Positions 60,477 to 64,000 of a stretch of DNA of 64,000 bases are shown here, in pieces (position 1 is the first letter of the stretch; each line of letters opens with the position of its first letter). The position numbers and the translations under genes are program-made. The notes under the pieces were generated by a model. That model searched no databases, was not told the origin of the DNA, and worked only from the letters and a program-made list of their open reading frames with translations. The stretch is from Octopus vulgaris. Taxonomy: Eukaryota. The stretch lies in assembly GCA_951406725.2 (NCBI GenBank), contig OX597817.1, positions 159,402,001-159,466,000 on the forward strand, read 5' to 3'.

Positions 60477-63281
60477 CTACTTTAAATGTTCTGAAATATG
60501 CAAACTAAAGTATATCCTATCATGACAGTCCTCATTACAGACTGGACAAAGATAGGGCCGGCTCTCATCTTTAACATGCAGCTTTTGATGGATGCGATAC
60601 ATGGCATATTCCTTGAAGTAGCATTCACAGTATTCACAGACAAACATACGTCCAGTTGTGAGCAAAGAAGAAACTGTTTCTCCATTAAACGAGCTTCCTA
60701 TTTTGTCAAATTTCACCGGTGATGTCCCATTTGACACTGTAACTGGACTATAACGTAAGCTGCTCTCCTGTTTAATCAAACGGGATGCTGGCAAGTGAGC
60801 GCCATACATGTTGGCCTGGACGTTATCTTCAATTGTACGGCTACAATCACACAAATTAGTTTGAGCTTCGAAATCACGATATTCAGCTTTGGGTTGAGAG
60901 ACCTTATAAGCAGAATGCTTGGTTGGCAGTAGTTCACTGTTGTTTATTTGTAAAAGTAATGGAGTGGACATTTTGCTTTCCAAATTGGAAGATATGCTTG
61001 TAGATGAGGAGGTAGGCCGCTGCAGGTTCCAGGATGTCCTCAGCACGTCTGAGCTTTGATACTGCACATCAGGTTTGTTTTTTATGCTGAGATTGAGGGC
61101 AGTGAGTGGAGGAGAGTTTGGGGAGTATGAGGTAACGGAAGAAGTGGGTTGGATGACTGCTGAGGTAGCTAAAGGTGAATGGTATGTATGTTGAGTTGCT
61201 GAGTGTTTGTAGTTTAGGTATATACTGCCGTTGGCTATAGATTGAGGTATGGAGGATTCGGCTGAATGTGAATCATAGTTCTGACGATTTGGGTCAGAAC
61301 TATCTGGAATGACCCCGATTTGAGAAGCATAGTTCGTTTTACTAGTGTGTAGTGATGAAGCAGCAGCAGCAGCCACTTTTTTGGCTAGATTACTGGCACT
61401 GAATGCTTGTGACTGTGATATTCCAGAGTTTGAAAACAGGTCCCATATTGATGTAGCCATGATGCCATGCTTACGAGCATGCCTTCGAAGCGTAGACCCT
61501 CGTGTAAATTTTGCATCACAGACACAGCACTGATATGGTTTAATTCCAGCATGAAGTTTCAGATGAGATTTCATGTTATTTTTATATCCAAATCTTTTCC
61601 CACAGATAGGACACTCAAATGGTTTTAAGCCAGCATGTACCTTTATATGGTATTTGAGCAAGTAAGGTCGTGTGAACTCCTTACCACAATCATTACATTT
61701 CACCTTAGCCTTAGCATCATCTTCCTCTCCTGTACTTGGTGCTACAGTAGTCTTACTACTGTCATCTGGCAGTTTTTTGTTGCTAGTTTGGCTGACAGAT
61801 CCAGAATCACTTGGTGGATCAGACTCCTTTTTAAGGGATTCCGGATTATCCTGCTGTTCTGCAGCTTTGGGTGTAGTTGAAGAAAAGCTGGTTATGCCAG
61901 TTGCTGTAGGTTCCATTTGGGTGCTGTTGTTGTTGTCTTTAGCAGCAAAAGCATCAAAAGATTCATGTTTCTGAGTGTGGAATTTGAGACTGCTTAAAGA
62001 CTCGCACACCTTTCCACAATCTGTACAGATACAAGGACCTCGAGAATGCCGGCGCTGCTCATGCAGTTTCAGGCTATAGTTTCGAGTAAATGAGGACCCA
62101 CACGCAATACACATAAATGGCTTTTCCCCAAGATGAGAACGCTCATGACGAATTCTCATTGCTGATTTCGTAAATCGCTGACCACAGAAGCGGCAAGTAT
62201 ATGGCCTAAATTTAGTATGTAATTGCTCATGCATTTGAAGCTGTTTCTGGGTATCAAACAGCTTGCCACACAAGCCGCATCGATGTTTGTTTATCATTTT
62301 AGATACTCTTCGCTCAATTCTAAAAGCTGATGAATGGGAAGCTCCCTGAGTTGACTGTTGTAAACGTGAAGATTTATGAGGACGAGCTGACAAAGAGGTT
62401 GCATCACCTTGCAACATTTGGTCCAAATGTGTTGAAGAATGGTTTTTGTATATACTGGTTTCTGAACCATCATTTTTTGGGACATCTGTCTCTGTTTTCT
62501 CAATTCTAATCGTTCTAAGAGAATCACTCTCCAAATTTGAGTGTGATTCAACATTTCCTGCCTGATCATACCTAGGTGTAGATGTAATGACCGATTCGCC
62601 ATTTACATCTTTGTTACTGCTACTGGATTGGGACGGAAAGTTTACCAATGGCTTTGAAGATTCCTGTTTATTACTGTCAGAATTTACATATGGGTTATTT
62701 TCAGATGAACCTGTCCGTGGTGTTGAAGTCCTAACATACATATTGAGAAACTCAGAAGGTTCTTGTTTAACAAAGACACTTTCCAAATTGGCCTGGTCAA
62801 ATGACCGTCTTCGATTTGTGACAGGCTGTTTTGAAAGTTCATCTTCAACTCCAGCACGACAAGAATCAGAAGCCGGACTAATTGAATTGGTGAGTGACGC
62901 TGGGCTTTGTGATCCAATTGCATAAAACTTGTGATCAGTTGAAGCAGTTGCTCCATTATCAACAGGTTGTTCATTCTGTTCCACTAAACTACCAGCAGCA
63001 CGTAGAAGTGGACATCGCTTTTCGTGATAGCGTCTCGTTGTCGACCTGGTGAAAGATTTTCCACAGTAACAACATACCCGTGATTTTCGGGGAAAACTCT
63101 TTCGTGAATAATTATAAACACTGCCACTATAGCCATAATCGGGCATGGCAACACCACTGATTCCATAAGGAAAGGATTCACCACCATATGAGACTCGCTT
63201 CTGGACAGTTGGACTATCATCTGAAATCATGGAGGTGTTCAGGAAACTTTGGTGAAAGGCACTAGAACCTGGTAAATCCAT
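60477..63281 (-). CDS. 934-aa multi-cluster zinc-finger transcription factor (1 C2HC + 4 + 3 + 2 C2H2 fingers)
   Basis: uninterrupted ORF; CxxC...HxxxH fingers with GEKPF, GLKPF and GIKPY linkers; in-frame TAG 7 codons upstream; start context GAAATGG; acceptor tttttcag at 63342-63341 starts the exon at 63340. Confidence 0.93.
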   Translation of the reverse strand: MDLPGSSAFHQSFLNTSMISDDSPTVQKRVSYGGESFPYGISGVAMPDYGYSGSVYNYSRKSFPRKSRVCCYCGKSFTRSTTRRYHEKRCPLLRAAGSLVEQNEQPVDNGATASTDHKFYAIGSQSPASLTNSISPASDSCRAGVEDELSKQPVTNRRRSFDQANLESVFVKQEPSEFLNMYVRTSTPRTGSSENNPYVNSDSNKQESSKPLVNFPSQSSSSNKDVNGESVITSTPRYDQAGNVESHSNLESDSLRTIRIEKTETDVPKNDGSETSIYKNHSSTHLDQMLQGDATSLSARPHKSSRLQQSTQGASHSSAFRIERRVSKMINKHRCGLCGKLFDTQKQLQMHEQLHTKFRPYTCRFCGQRFTKSAMRIRHERSHLGEKPFMCIACGSSFTRNYSLKLHEQRRHSRGPCICTDCGKVCESLSSLKFHTQKHESFDAFAAKDNNNSTQMEPTATGITSFSSTTPKAAEQQDNPESLKKESDPPSDSGSVSQTSNKKLPDDSSKTTVAPSTGEEDDAKAKVKCNDCGKEFTRPYLLKYHIKVHAGLKPFECPICGKRFGYKNNMKSHLKLHAGIKPYQCCVCDAKFTRGSTLRRHARKHGIMATSIWDLFSNSGISQSQAFSASNLAKKVAAAAASSLHTSKTNYASQIGVIPDSSDPNRQNYDSHSAESSIPQSIANGSIYLNYKHSATQHTYHSPLATSAVIQPTSSVTSYSPNSPPLTALNLSIKNKPDVQYQSSDVLRTSWNLQRPTSSSTSISSNLESKMSTPLLLQINNSELLPTKHSAYKVSQPKAEYRDFEAQTNLCDCSRTIEDNVQANMYGAHLPASRLIKQESSLRYSPVTVSNGTSPVKFDKIGSSFNGETVSSLLTTGRMFVCEYCECYFKEYAMYRIHQKLHVKDESRPYLCPVCNEDCHDRIYFSLHISEHLK

Positions 63282-64000
63282 TTCACAGGAGGATGACCCC
63301 TAGTCACAAGAACAATATTATCATAAGTAACCATTCAGTTCTGAAAAATACAGAAAAAAAAAAATGTAAAAGAAAATTAATTTCAACTTCAATGCATCAT
63401 ATAATAACAATTTATACATAAATATTTTCATTTTAGAGCATTAATAATGAAATCAATGTAAATGTTTTAAATCTTTGCCTTTTAATAATATTTCCATTAC
63501 AGGTGCAAATATTACACTTAGAAGCACTTACTTGCATTTCATCACATCTTTGTAGATCTAAATCTGCCTATGATGGTGATAATCATAAAAATTATATTAG
63601 TCTTTCTACAAAACAATGAGCTGGTAAAAAGGCACCAGTTTTTTTGTTTGATATACTTGCCAAATAGGCATTCTACCATGAATATTAGGGATTAGAAACT
63701 TTAGAATTTTACATTTGCAATCATCATAAGACAAATTTTTCTTACATCTTTATAAAACCTATACTTACACCTAGAGTCTTTTTAGTCAACACACATTAAA
63801 ATTAGCTTAGTCAACTGAAGGATTATTCCCACCTCAGATTATGAAGCTTCCCATATCATGAACTAAACAAATTAAAATTTTAAAAAAAAAAAAAACCCTG
63901 GTCCTTCTCACAAATATATTACAACACCATCTATTTCAATGACAAATTAACCACAAGAAACAGCACTAAATTCTGTTGATAATGCTACTATGGTATAGAA

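Noticed and set aside
60482-63220. Overlapping alternative-frame and antisense ORFs within the zinc-finger CDS (similar ones occur in IRS exon J)
   Set aside because: Short shadow ORFs of real coding sequence with no recognisable domains.

Overview
AT-rich, microsatellite- and SINE-dense eukaryotic DNA. The repeat landscape suggests an octopod cephalopod, but that is an inference. Two convergent protein-coding genes are supported. (1) On +, an insulin receptor substrate (IRS/chico-like) gene: 10 coding exons (6566-33386) with GT-AG boundaries and consistent phases join into 4164 nt (1387 aa plus stop). It has a PH domain, an IRS-type PTB domain and a tail with YxxM, YxN and SHP2-type tyrosine motifs; the first coding exon was not found and probably lies upstream of the window. 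(2) On -, a 934-aa zinc-finger protein encoded in one exon (63281-60477), with 10 fingers in four clusters ending in an Ikaros/Hunchback-like dimerisation pair. The rest is mostly transposon-derived: tRNA-type SINE families (my labels A, B, C, X), an RTE-like repeat (G), TTAA-flanked MITEs, Merlin-like MITEs, a deleted Tc1/mariner, a Helentron-like element, and CR1, RTE, HERO and Penelope fragments. Most short ORFs in the track are repeat artefacts. I cannot claim a new biological system with confidence. The best leads are the zinc-finger architecture and its putative regulatory 3' region, the in-frame-skippable IRS signalling exons, and head/tail swapping among SINEs.
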